Source: Candidatus Latescibacterota bacterium (GTDB lineage: Bacteria > Latescibacterota > UBA2968 > SICM01). From it: a stretch of DNA of 64,000 nucleotides. Under the pieces are notes generated by a model. That model made no database searches, was not told the origin of the DNA, and saw only the letters and a program-made list of their open reading frames with translations. Positions within the stretch are counted from its first letter, which is position 1, and the number at the start of each line of letters is the position of its first letter. This document shows positions 30,693-42,002 of this stretch, piece after piece. The stretch is taken from the NCBI GenBank assembly GCA_965217865.1, contig CBDCJO010000002.1:3424001-3488000 (forward strand), given 5' to 3'. The position numbers were made by a program, and so were the translations under genes.

Positions 30693-31865
30693 GTGGAATC
30701 TCAGAAAAACTTCATCGATCATCTCCAGGTTCTCGTCCGCTGGCGGCGGATGATCGCCGTGTCGGTCCTCTCCGTGACGATCGTTACGGTGATCGTCAGC
30801 CTGTTGATGACCGAGCGCTTTAAGGCGAAGGCCACCCTGTTTCCTCCGGAAGAGGAGGAGACGGACTTCGGGCTGTCCAGCGTGTTAACCAAGAGTCCGA
30901 TCAACCTGGGAAAATTCGGACTCGAGGGGCTCTCCGCTCAGGATTTCGTACCCATCGCAAAGAGCCGCTCCGTGGCCGAAGCCGTGATCGACAGCTTCGG
31001 TCTCGACAAGCTCTGGAACTCACAGAACCGGGAAGAAGCCCTCAAGACCTTTGGGGATCGTCTTGAGCTCAAACTCTCCCGAGAGGAGTTTCTTGACGTG
31101 GAATTTGAGGCCGAGTCTCCACGGCTGGCGGCCAATGTGACCAACGCCATCGTCATAGGGCTGGACCGGGCTTATCGCCGAAGCAAGTCGGACCGTGCGG
31201 GCCGGCTTCGGGAGCACCTGGGACGAGAGGTGAAAAGGGCCCGGGAGGAGCTCGAGATGGTGGGGGAAAGCTACAACGCTTTTCAGAAGGAACACCTCGC
31301 GGTCAATCTCGAAGAACAGACAAAGGCATCCATCGCGGGGGCCTCGAAACTGATAGAACAGATGGCCGAGCTGAAGGTAAAGATCGGCGCCGGACGGCAA
31401 TTCATGACACCGACGAACGAAAACCTGGTTCGGATGGAGGTCGAACTCCGGGAAACCGAAAAGATCCTGGACCGGATGATCTCCAATTCGAATGCGGATG
31501 AAACGGCAGACGAAGGGAAGATTTCAAAGTTATACATCCCGTTTGAGCAGGTCCCCGATCTGGGCATGGACCTCCTGAGGCTTACCCGGGATCTGAAGAT
31601 CCAGGAAGCGGTCTATGTCTTTCTAACGCAGAAATACGAGGAGGCCAAGTACGAAGAGGCCAAATCGACGCCAACGGTTCAGGTTCTCGATCCGGCGGTG
31701 GCGCCCCTGTTTCGAAGCCGGCCCAGGCGCACGCTGATGGTTGTGGTGGCCTTCGCGGCAAGCACCCTGATCTCCGTTTTCCTTGCCTTCCTTTTCGAGT
31801 CGATCGGGGAGATGCGCCCCGAGGACCGTGAAAAGCTATCCGGCCTGCTGAAGAGTCTGAGATGA
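30693..31865 (+). CDS. Wzz/GumC-type chain-length determinant
   Basis: Two terminal TM helices, coiled coil, VLDPA..P...S.PRR. Confidence 0.85.
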   Translation: MESQKNFIDHLQVLVRWRRMIAVSVLSVTIVTVIVSLLMTERFKAKATLFPPEEEETDFGLSSVLTKSPINLGKFGLEGLSAQDFVPIAKSRSVAEAVIDSFGLDKLWNSQNREEALKTFGDRLELKLSREEFLDVEFEAESPRLAANVTNAIVIGLDRAYRRSKSDRAGRLREHLGREVKRAREELEMVGESYNAFQKEHLAVNLEEQTKASIAGASKLIEQMAELKVKIGAGRQFMTPTNENLVRMEVELRETEKILDRMISNSNADETADEGKISKLYIPFEQVPDLGMDLLRLTRDLKIQEAVYVFLTQKYEEAKYEEAKSTPTVQVLDPAVAPLFRSRPRRTLMVVVAFAASTLISVFLAFLFESIGEMRPEDREKLSGLLKSLR

Positions 31866-31979
31866 AGGACCCTTCCGCCCATCCCCCCACCGGAATACAG
31901 AATACAGGATATAGAATACAGAAGTCAGAAAAAAACCTAAAATCAACTTAGTCGGCAGACGTGAAACCTGAGTGACTTC

Positions 31980-33215
31980 ATGGCCAGGCAGTTCGACATT
32001 CCGATTTTTTACAAGAGTCCGATCATCACAAGGGTCAAAAAGGCGCGGGAGATTTCGGATCCGCTCAAACGGGATCTTTTGCCTTCGACCCTCGATTTCG
32101 GGCCGGTCCGGTTTGTCCTCGCAAGACACTTCGGGTTCTGTTTCGGTGTGGAGAATGCGATCGAGATCGCTTATAAGACGCTGGAAGCGCATCCGGAGCG
32201 GCGAATTTTCTTCCTGAGCGAGATGATTCACAACCCGGTCGTGAACCGGGACCTTCAGGACCGGGGTGTCCGGTTCATCTTTGCGCCGTCCGGGGAACAA
32301 CTTGTACCCTGGGAGAAATTGGTGGCCGAGGATATCGTGGTTGTGCCTGCCTTCGGGACCACCCTGGAGATCCAGGAGGAACTGGAAAATCGGGGGATCG
32401 ATCCTTATACCTACAACACGACCTGTCCATTCGTCGAGAAGGTGTGGAAGCGGAGCATACAGCTGGGAGAGGCCGGCTATACCGTCGTGGTACACGGGAG
32501 GGCGAAGCACGAGGAGACCCGGGCAACCTTTTCGCACAGCAGCCGGAGTTCACCTACGGTTGTGGTACTGGACCAGAAGGAGGCACGTATTCTAGGGGAT
32601 GTCATTACGGGAACTCTGGGGGGGGGGGCTTTCCTCGAAAGCTTCGGGCAAAAGTGTTCCCCCGGTTTCGATCCGGATCGACACCTCAAGCGGATCGGTG
32701 TGGTCAACCAGACGACGATGCTGGCGTCCGAGACTCGAGAGATCTCGCAGGTTCTGAGGCGTGCGCTGGCCGATCGTTATGGTGAGGATCGAATCGGAGA
32801 ACACTATGCAGATACGTCCGATACGTTGTGTTATGCGACCAACGAGAATCAGAATGCGACGAACGAGCTGGTCCGGCAGGGGGCGGACCTCGCCCTGATT
32901 GTGGGGGGCTATAATTCTTCGAACACGACGCACATCGTGGAACTTTGCGAGGAGAGGATGCCGGCCTATTTCATCAAGGACGCGGGTGAAATCCTCTCCG
33001 CTTCCAGAATCCATCATTTCGTGCCGAAGAAAAGGAAGGTGGAGACCAGCGGGCCCTGGCTCCCCGAAAAACGTCCTGTCGATGTTGCGCTCTCAAGCGG
33101 CGCATCGTGTCCGGACGCCGTTATGGATGAAGTGCTGATTCGGGTCCTCTCTTTCTTCGAAAAAACCCAACCCCTCGACCGTGTTTTGCAACACTACCCG
33201 CAGATCGCGGCGTAG
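31980..33215 (+). CDS. ispH: 4-hydroxy-3-methylbut-2-enyl diphosphate reductase
   Basis: GFCFGV, IHNP, TCP.V, QTT, T.C.AT, SSNT, GAS.P. Confidence 0.93.
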   Translation: MARQFDIPIFYKSPIITRVKKAREISDPLKRDLLPSTLDFGPVRFVLARHFGFCFGVENAIEIAYKTLEAHPERRIFFLSEMIHNPVVNRDLQDRGVRFIFAPSGEQLVPWEKLVAEDIVVVPAFGTTLEIQEELENRGIDPYTYNTTCPFVEKVWKRSIQLGEAGYTVVVHGRAKHEETRATFSHSSRSSPTVVVLDQKEARILGDVITGTLGGGAFLESFGQKCSPGFDPDRHLKRIGVVNQTTMLASETREISQVLRRALADRYGEDRIGEHYADTSDTLCYATNENQNATNELVRQGADLALIVGGYNSSNTTHIVELCEERMPAYFIKDAGEILSASRIHHFVPKKRKVETSGPWLPEKRPVDVALSSGASCPDAVMDEVLIRVLSFFEKTQPLDRVLQHYPQIAA

Positions 33216-33368
33216 ATGGTGCCGATTGCGGATTGAACCCAAAATCCCCGATTATCCCTTTTCCTCTGAAACCGCACGTGGTGAAAATCTTCTTGGTTAC
33301 CATCCCGCCTCCCGACCCCGGATGGGTCTCCCCCTAGTCTGTTGAACAACATTCGATATTTTCGTATA

Positions 33369-34241
33369 TTAAGGGCTTCCGTCAGCCGTATCCGCCATCC
33401 CCGTGAGGGTTGAGCTTATCCGCCAAAGGCGTGTGGCGGCCTCTTCATCATAGGATTCGCCCGATGACGAAACGGCTCCGCGGTTCACGAAATACTCCCC
33501 GCTAACGCCTTCCACCTGGGGTGAAGATGCCAGGAAAAGGGATGTCCTTGCGCCCCTTTCCGGACTGGATCCCAGAAGCCGTGATGCAAATTGAAGCCCC
33601 CTGGGAAGGAAGTCTCCCAGGAGCCTGGTCCCGATCAGGCCGGGGTGGAGGCAGTTGGCCGTTACCTGCGTTCCCCGAAGCCTCCTGGACAGTTCGTAAG
33701 TGAAAAGCAGGTTTGCGAGTTTGGTCCGGGAGTAAACCTGGACAGGGCGGTAGTCGCGCTCCGAACCCAGGTCATCGAAGTCGATGACCGCGCGGCGGTG
33801 GGCCCTGGAAGAGACATTGATTATCCGGGCGGGGGCGCTCGCGATCAACAGGTCGAGCAGCAGGTTCGTAAGGAGGAAATAGGCCAGGTGATTGACCGCG
33901 AACTGAGTCTCGATCTTGTCCACGGTGACGGTCCGCTCTCTGGGAATAACCCCTGCGTTGTTGATCAGGACGTGCAGAGCCTGGAATTGGGATTCGATCT
34001 TCGAAGCCAAGTCTCGGATGGCGGTTTGCGATGAGAGATCCGAGACAACGAGTGAAACCTGAACGTTGCGGCCCTTCTCCCTGACCCAGGCCAGGGCGGC
34101 TTCCCCCCGATTCCGGTCGCGGCAAACCATAACCACGGTCGCCCCCATTTCCGCAAGCCCCAACGCCGTGGCCTTACCGATCCCCGCGTTGGCACCTGTG
34201 ACCAGACAGGTCTTGCCGGTCATGGGTTGGGTCGGTTTCAT
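33369..34241 (-). CDS. SDR family oxidoreductase (retinol dehydrogenase-like)
   Basis: TGANAGIG, NNAG, Y..TK, LHPG; GGAGG RBS. Confidence 0.9.
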   Translation of the reverse strand: MKPTQPMTGKTCLVTGANAGIGKATALGLAEMGATVVMVCRDRNRGEAALAWVREKGRNVQVSLVVSDLSSQTAIRDLASKIESQFQALHVLINNAGVIPRERTVTVDKIETQFAVNHLAYFLLTNLLLDLLIASAPARIINVSSRAHRRAVIDFDDLGSERDYRPVQVYSRTKLANLLFTYELSRRLRGTQVTANCLHPGLIGTRLLGDFLPRGLQFASRLLGSSPERGARTSLFLASSPQVEGVSGEYFVNRGAVSSSGESYDEEAATRLWRISSTLTGMADTADGSP

Positions 34242-34361
34242 AATTTTTACAAGCCTCCATCGGGTGAGGGAGTTAAAATACAACAGAAAAATCGTTCCAA
34301 CAACCGGAATTGAAGTCATCCGTTTCACCCGAAAGCCTCAGGATCCAATCCCAAAGGAGGG

Positions 34362-37300
34362 ATGAAATTTCCAATTATCCTGTCCAGGTCCCACGATTCC
34401 TCGCCCTGTGCATCCCCCTGGTCTTCTGGTCGATCGAAATTTCAGCCCAGGCCGCTGGTACGATCGGGACCTTTGCGGGAGGGGGTACCTCCGAAGCGGA
34501 TACCCTTGCGACGGCGTCCCGGCTTATTCTTCCCACAGGACTGGCGGTGGACGGGGAAGGCAATGTCTTTATTGCCGACCCGGGTGCGCACCTTGTGAGA
34601 CGGGTGGATGCGGAGAGCGGGATCATTACGACCGTCGCGGGCACCGGGGAACCGGGGTTTGACGGAGATGAGGGTCCTGCCGTTCAAGCACGGCTGAACC
34701 GTCCGATCGGGGTTGCGGTGGATGGGGATGGCAATCTGTTTATCGCCGATAGGGGGAACCGGAGGGTCCGGCGGGTCGACCGAACGAGCGGGATCGTTAC
34801 GACTTTCGCTGGGACCGGGGAACCGGGGTTTGACGGAGATGAGGGACCGGCTGCGGAGACCCAACTCTACGAGGTTGTGGGGCTCGCCGTCGATAGCGGA
34901 AACAATCTCCTGATCGTGGACGGGGGAACGGTCGTAGAGGACCCGTTCTTCGGGAGCCGCATCGTGGGGAATCACCGGATCCGCAGGGTGGATGCGAACA
35001 CGGGGATCATCTCCACGATCGCCGGGACCGGGGTCGCGGATTTCAGCGGGGACAACGGTCCCGCGATCTCGGCAGCCCTCTCGTTTCCCTCCCGTGTCGC
35101 GGTTGATGCATCAGGCAGGATTTTGATCTCCGATTCGGGAAATCACCGGGTGCGCGTGATTGACCCGGAAAACGGAATCATCTCGACCTTCGCGGGTGTG
35201 GGTGGAGATCCGTTTACCGGAGCGGGCGGCTTTTCCGGGGACGGGGGGTTGGCGACTCTTGCGGGTCTGGACAGTCCGGTCGGTCTCGCCTTTGACGATG
35301 AAGGCAACGTCTTTATCTCCGATCAGGGAAACAACAGGGTTCGATGGGTGGACACGAACGGTGTGATCTTCAGCGTGGCTGGGACTGGAAGGGGGGAATT
35401 CGGTGGGGATGGGGGTTTCAGCTTTCAAGCTGGACTCGATCTTCCTTCGGACGTCGACCTGCTTCCGAGGGGTGATCTGCTCGTGGCCGACTCGGGGAAC
35501 GGACGAATCCGGAGACTCTTCGGGCCCAGGACGCTCATTCCGCTCGGCGACGCTGTCCAGGAGGTCGATTTCGGAGGTGCCACCCTAGAGACCACGAGGG
35601 AGAGAACGGTCTCCGTGCGGAATGTGGGGAACGCCCCCCTCGGGATAAGGGAAATCCGAACCGATAACCCTTTGTTCGTGGTCCTCGACACAAGCCTGAC
35701 CCTCGCGGTCGGGGACAGCCTCGTGGTCTCCCTTAGTTTTACTCCGGAGACCCCCGTGAGAGTTGAGGGGATCCTCACGATCTTAACGAATGATCCGGTG
35801 GGCCGGCTCACGGTGACCCTTACCGGCCTTGGAACCATCCCCGATATCCTGCTTCTCGATCAGAGCATCAATTTCCTTCCTCTTGTGATCGGGTTGTCCG
35901 ACACGCTCGAGGTGACCCTGTTTAACCGTGGGATCGGTGATCTTTTTGTCCGGTCCGTGACCAGCTCAGATGCACAATTTATCTCCCCGGACACCCTGTT
36001 TTCGCTCAGCTCCGGCCAGAACATGCAACTGCGCGTCATCTTTTCACCCGCGTTGGTCGGAGAGCAGACGGGCACGCTCACGATCCAGAGCAACGACCCT
36101 GATGCGGGGGCAGTAACCCTCGATCTTCGCGGGGTCGGCAGGCCGGCAAAGCCCGGTGGGTTTACTGCGATCGGGGACAGTCTGGGCCTTGGAGGGACCG
36201 GGCGGGAGTTCGGGGTGGCCTGGGGGGACTATAACGGAGATGGGAGTCCGGACCTCTACATCGCGAGAAGCCTCCTTCCGGGTTCTCTCCATCGGAACAA
36301 TGGGGACATGACATTCACCGATATGGCTGTCGGGCTGAACGTCACCAACGATCGGGACGGCAGCGCGCCGTTGTGGGGGGATTACGACAATGACGGGGAT
36401 CTGGATCTTTTCGTGACAAATTTCAACGAGCCGAATCGGCTGTACCGGAATGACGGAACGGGATTCGTCGACGTCGCCGGGGCGGCCGGACTCGACGCTG
36501 CCACGGCGGGGATGGGCGGGGCCTGGGCGGACTACGACATCGACGGGGATCTCGATCTCTTCGTGGCCAACTTCGGTCCCGATCACCTCTATCGGAACGA
36601 CGGCGGGCTATTCGTGGATGTATCGCCCGGGCTTGGTCTCGTGGATTCCCTCGGAAGCAGCGTTCAGCCGGCCTGGGCGGATTACGACCAGGATGGCGAC
36701 CCGGACCTGTATGTGGCGGCCAGCGGGAGAGATCGGTTTTTCGAGAACGATAACGGTCTGTTTGAGGAGATCGGGGACTCTCTGATGGTGATCGATCACG
36801 CGCCCAGCTTCGGGGCAGCCTGGGGGGACTACGACAACGACGCGGACCTGGACTTGTTCGTCACAGGGTTCAACACCGTATCGCATCTGTATCGAAACGA
36901 TGGGGGGTCGTTCGAAGACGTGGAGGGGAGCCTTTTTTTTGAAGACGACGGTACCTGGAAGTCGCGGGGAGCCGTCTGGATAGATTATGACAACGACGGA
37001 GACCTGGATATCTATATCGTGCGGAGCAACCAGACGAACCTTCTCTACCGGAATGATGGGGGGGCCTTCACCGAGGTGGGCGAGGAGCTCGGGGTCGATT
37101 TGCTCGGGGATGGGCGGGGCGCCGCGATTTCCGACTTCGACGGCGATGGTGCACCCGACCTGTACGTGGCCAACCAGGACGGTCCGGGCCGCCTCTACTG
37201 GAATCGCGAAGCCCTTGGGGGCTGGCTTGCAGCCCAACTGGTCGGTAGTTTGAGCTCGACGGATGCGATCGGTACGCGTGTTCTGGCGGTATTCGATGGG

Positions 37301-39064
37301 CGGCCTCTCCTTCAGGAGGTCAGCGGAGGATCCTCACACCTCTCCCAGAGCGGGGCGGTCCTCCTGTTTGGAGCGGGACGGGCGGAGTTCGCGGATACGC
37401 TGACCGTCCGTTGGCCCAGCGGGATCGTCCAGGTGCTGAATGCCCTTCCGGAAGGCCGGCTCACCCGGATCGAGGAGACGCCACCCAGTCCCGCATCCCG
37501 GATCGAGTTGACGACTTCCGCGACGGAGTTGATCGCAAACGGCGCCTCGACGGCAAGGCTCATTGCCTCGGTCTTGGACGCGAGGGGAGAACGATCCTTG
37601 AGCAGCCGGGCAACGATCACCTTTGGAATCGATTCGGGGCAGGGGAGGCTCGAAGGACCGTTGACGGTCGAAGCCCGCGATGGGGTGGCATCGATCCTGT
37701 TCCGTTCGCCCGATCTGGTACCGGGACGGACCTCAATCTCAGCGCGTTCGCCCGGGTTAACGAGCGGGCGGGTCGAGATCGATCTTTTCCCCACACCTGC
37801 CGGAGGCGCGATCGCTGTGGCGGCGGGAAGCGGTCTGACCGGGCTGAGCGGAGACGGGGGCCCAGCTATAGAGGCGGGGCTCAGCCTTCCGGAAGGGGTT
37901 GCGGTCGCCGACACGCTGGGCACGATCTACATCGCCGACACGAACAACAGCGCCGTGAGGCGTGTGGACGGGGGGTCCGGGGTGATTTCGACCCTGGCCG
38001 GAAACGGGGTACGTGGAAGCACAGGGGACGGGGGGCCTGCTTCGGAAGCGCGCCTGAACACCCCATCGGATGTCCTGGTCACATCGGACAACCGGCTCCT
38101 GATCGTGGATACGGGAAACCACAGAATCAGGCAGATCCACCTGGACACCGGGATCATATCGACCCTTGTCGGGGTCGGGTTCCTCGGGAGTGAGGGGGAC
38201 GGGGGCCCCGGCGCAGAGGCAAACCTGTTCTTTCCGACATCGGCCGCGCTCGACTCCCTCGGCAATCTCTATATCGTGGACACAAACAACCATCGCATCC
38301 GCCGGGTGGATCGAGCGACGGACATCATCAGCACGGTCGCCGGAGACGGATCGGCCGGGTACTCCGGGGATGACGGTCCGGCTTTCCGGGCAAGCCTCAA
38401 CCAACCCCAGGGGATCGCTTTCGACCCCGAAGGCCGCCTCTACATCGCGGACACGGAAAACCATCGCATCCGCCGGGTGGACCTGGTCACAGGAACAATC
38501 ACCACTGTTGTCGGAGACGGCCAAAACATATTTGCAGGTGATGGGGGACCAGCCCGGGAGGCCAGTCTCAACGGGCCCAGGCGCCTGGCCATAGGCCCAG
38601 GGGATGACATCTACATCGCGGACACCGGAAACCATCGCCTGCGAAGGGTGGATGCCGGAACGGGTCTGATCACGACCGTGGCGGGGACGGGGGTCGTGGG
38701 GTTCAACGGGAGGGAAGGTGAGGATGCGAGGGAGATCCAATTGAACGAACCGGTGGGGATCTCCCTGGAAGGGACAGAGGGTTTGTTCCTGACGGACCGG
38801 GGAAACCATCTGGTTCGACGACTCACGATCAAAAAGCAGGATGTTCCGATTGATTCCGTGACCTCCGATTTCGACAGTGACGGGGAGGTGGGGCTCGAGG
38901 ATTTCTTTCTTTTCGTGGAGAAATTCGGAACAATGGAAGGAGAGCCAACGTTCGACGCCAGTTTCGACCTGGTGAAGGATGGAACCGTCGACTTCAACGA
39001 TTTTTTCGTTTTCGCGGGACAGTTCGGGAGACGGACTACCAAACCCGTTTTCTTTTCCCGTTGA
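34362..39064 (+). CDS. giant surface protein: NHL repeats, Ig-like, FG-GAP/CRTAC1-ASPIC, Big-1-like, NHL repeats, paired EF-hand/dockerin-like C-terminus (possible frameshift in signal peptide)
   Basis: ORF 34310-39064; GF.GDGGPA NHL units, WGDYDNDGD.DL repeats, C-terminal DFDSDGEVG..DFF.F...FG twice. The RBS-preceded ATG at 34362 is out of frame. Confidence 0.85.
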
Positions 39065-39165
39065 CAGGGAAATTTACTGATTTCGCAGAGATTCGCATTT
39101 TTCGAGAATTCGGATCTTCAAGGTTTTTTGATTGAAAGCGAGGTAGTGTGAGGCGACATATCAAC

Positions 39166-39825
39166 GGGGCAACTGCCCGTGATTCCTTGGCCCAGTCCAA
39201 CGGGCTGGGTTTGAATGTGGGCGAATCGAGCGGGCCAAAGGTCATCGATCCGGATCAATCCCACACATATCGTAGATGAATCATGATGCGTGACAGGGAT
39301 TGGGGGATGTGAAATTATCGCGCCCCTTCAGGCCGCACGACGCTATTGTATTTACGACCCAGGGCGTTGCCCTGGGTTGAGGAACAACGCGCCGTTGGCG
39401 CTGAAAGAAGGCCTTGACTTTAGTCTCGGCTTCTCGATTAGCCTGAAAGCCTGGGTTTGATGCTATGAATCACCGGGCGAGGTGGTGTCTCGTCCCTACT
39501 GGAAATGGGTGGGCCGATAAAGGGTAGACCTAACCCTCAAGCCATCGGGCCAACGGCCAGTGATTCCTTTGCCCAGTCCAACGGGCTGGGTTTGAATGTG
39601 GGCGAATCGAGCGGCCCAAAGGTCCGCGATCCGGATCAATTCCACACATACCGTAGATGAATCATGATGCGTGACAGGGATTGGGGGATGTAAAAATTAT
39701 CGCGTCCCTTCAGGCCGCACGACGCTATTGTATTTTACGACCCAGGGCGTTGCCCTGGGTTGAGGAACAACGCGCCGTTGGCGCTGAAAGAAGGCCCTGA
39801 TTTTAGTCTCGGCTTCTCGATTAGC
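39166..39825. repeat. two direct copies of a ~280-bp palindrome-rich REP/MITE-like unit (39166-39442, 39547-39825)
   Basis: Near-identical copies containing hairpins CCCAGTCCAACGGGCTGGG and CCCAGGGCGTTGCCCTGGG. Confidence 0.85.
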
Positions 39826-40340
39826 TCGAAGGTCGCGAAGACACGATCCCCTATATTCCACGGAGAACCCATTTTCCGAAAATTCTAATTGAAGGGATAG
39901 GAGATATGCGCAGACACACCCGGTTTCTCGTCGTCCAGCTGCTTTTCGCACTGTTCCTGTCGTGCATCTTTCCCATCTCCCTCCTTTCACAGGAGGACGC
40001 CGGGGGGACCGGGTCCCCCGGCTGGATGGAGCATTTGATCCTGAAACTGAATGAACACGTCGGGCACATCGTCAGTTATATGGCGGACATCCTTTTTGCG
40101 GATTTCAGGACGGGTGTCCCTCTGATCGTTGTGGTCCTGGTGGCCGGCGGGGTTTACTTCTCCTTCTTCTTCGGATGGATGTCAATCCGGGGATTTCGGC
40201 ACGCCATCCACTACATGCGGAAAGTCAAGAGCAAGGTTGACGATTTCGAGGTTGGATGAGATTTTTTATGCCGGTTTTCTCAGCGTCAAGGGGTGTAAAG
40301 TGGACATTCTTACTATGTTCGGAGCGCAGTTCGCCCTTAT

Positions 40341-40618
40341 GGTGCAGGACCGGTCTTTGAAGAGGGGCGAAGCTCCCGTGTGGGGGGTGGTGTCTTCCGA
40401 TACCAACTTACATCCGCGGCCGGCACTCTTGTTTGTGTGAGTAGGTGTGCCGGTCTTCGCGCATTTTCTAATCCGATCCAGGAAGACGGGGAGGCCTGCG
40501 GATCTGTTAGCCGAAGCGACTCCTATCGGAGCCCTCCTCTCAAGCCAGTTCTGCAGGCCGCCCCTGGCCGCCTTGGAAGGCGGCAGCTTGTGTAACCGGT
40601 CCGGCAGGAGACTGCACC
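40341..40618 (-). ncRNA. candidate bridge/seek RNA of the IS110 element
   Basis: Nested helices read from sequence: 40341-54 with 40595-618; 40392-98 with 40481-87; 40420-26 with 40447-53; 40493-502 with 40550-59. Loops carry short matches to element ends and target. Confidence 0.65.
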
Positions 40619-40669
40619 GGATGTGAATCGAGCAGCGATGTCAAAGAGCGAGTGTGACCGCGGCAGCGG

Positions 40670-42002
40670 TCAGGCGGCGGCGCGAGCGCGCCGTCGGGGA
40701 TGCTGCTTTTTCTTGTAGCGCTTCATGTAGCGCCTCTCGAGCGTTTTGAGGGATGCCGCGGGGTGGTCTCTCTCCTCGTAGAGACGATTTTCTCTGAGCA
40801 GGGCTACGATGAGCCGTAGGAGCTGGGACGAGGCGGCCACGATATTCTTGCGGTAGCACTTCTTCCTGAGCTCGCGTTCGAGGAAGCGGCGGCGGACCTG
40901 GGGCACGACCCGGGCGGTCTGTTCGGTCATCTGGGTAGATGATTCGCCGCAGCCGGGGATTGCCGATCTTGCTCATCCGCCTTTTGCCTTTGTACTTTCC
41001 GGAGTCGGCGATGCGCACGTTCGTGCCGGCGAGCTTCTCGATCTGTTTGAAGTGGGTGAAGCGGGTGGCCCCTCGCGTCTCCGCGGTAAATTGGGCAGCC
41101 AGGTTTTTGTTGATGTTGGGGATCGAGTCGACGATTTGGAAAGTCGGATCCTGCTGAGTGCGGGCGATCATCGCCTGCTCCACAGCTTTGAGTTGCGTCT
41201 CGGTCCGCCGGAGCGCCTCGATCCAGCCATTCAGGATGATGCGGAGGACATCTTCCTGGCCCTCGACCGGGATCCCGATGGAGGTCCGGGCCTCCTCCTT
41301 CAGCTTCTGCAGCGTCGCCACCCCGTAACTGCCTCTTGAGATCCGATGGATCTGGCGGCCCTCCTCTTCGATGTCAATTTCCTCGAAGTGGCGGGGCAAG
41401 AAATATCGCTCCAACAGGTAGCGGGAGGTCTTCGTACGAATGTTGACCGCGTGGAGGAACTCCGGGAAGACGCGTTCCATCAGAGACCGGGTGCGGAGCA
41501 GGGACTTTGTGAGGTCCTTCCGGAGCTTGTCGTAGGCGATTGAGAGCTGGTGCGCGGCCTCCATGTGAGGCTCGAACGTCCTGAAGAGATCATAGCTTCC
41601 CTTCTGTGCGCTGTCGGCCACCAGAAAGGCATCCCTGGGATCCGACTTGGAGAAATCGCGGTGCATCATCGGTCTTGCGTGATACGTCGTGAGGGGGCTC
41701 ACCAGCAGCACGCGATACCCCTTCCCCTGGAGGTAGTGGGCCAGGGTAACCCACAGATTGCAGGACGTCTCGATGGCCACCACCATCCGATCCGGCCCGC
41801 AATCTTTGATGCGTCGCTCCAGATGCTGCCAGAGGGTATGGTCATATCCCGCTCGCGTCACGGGGAATGAGAAGGCCCCGCCTTGCTGAAGTCCGGAGGG
41901 ATCGAGCACCGACCCGCTGTGTTTTTCCTTGCCCGGATCGATCCCGAGGACGAAATTCTGGGAGATGGCCTGTCGTTTAAGGTGGAAGATTTTCGACTTC
42001 AT
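40670..42002 (-). pseudogene. IS110 DEDD recombinase with +1 frameshift near 40935
   Basis: LGIDPGK, IETS, KSDPRDA (DEDD); DSGK serine loop, GNPRLR; true C-terminus continues in ORF 40670-40930. Confidence 0.85.

Noticed and set aside
32618-32628. G11 tract in ispH (and G9 at 13428-36) as phase-variation sites
   Set aside because: Both in frame; ispH is a housekeeping gene; no variation visible from one sequence.
39166-39825. CRISPR array
   Set aside because: Unit of ~280 bp is duplicated whole; no repeat-spacer pattern.
40470-40481. TAATCCGATCCA as an additional target guide in the IS110 RNA
   Set aside because: 5-nt matches that probably lie in a stem extension; indistinguishable from chance.
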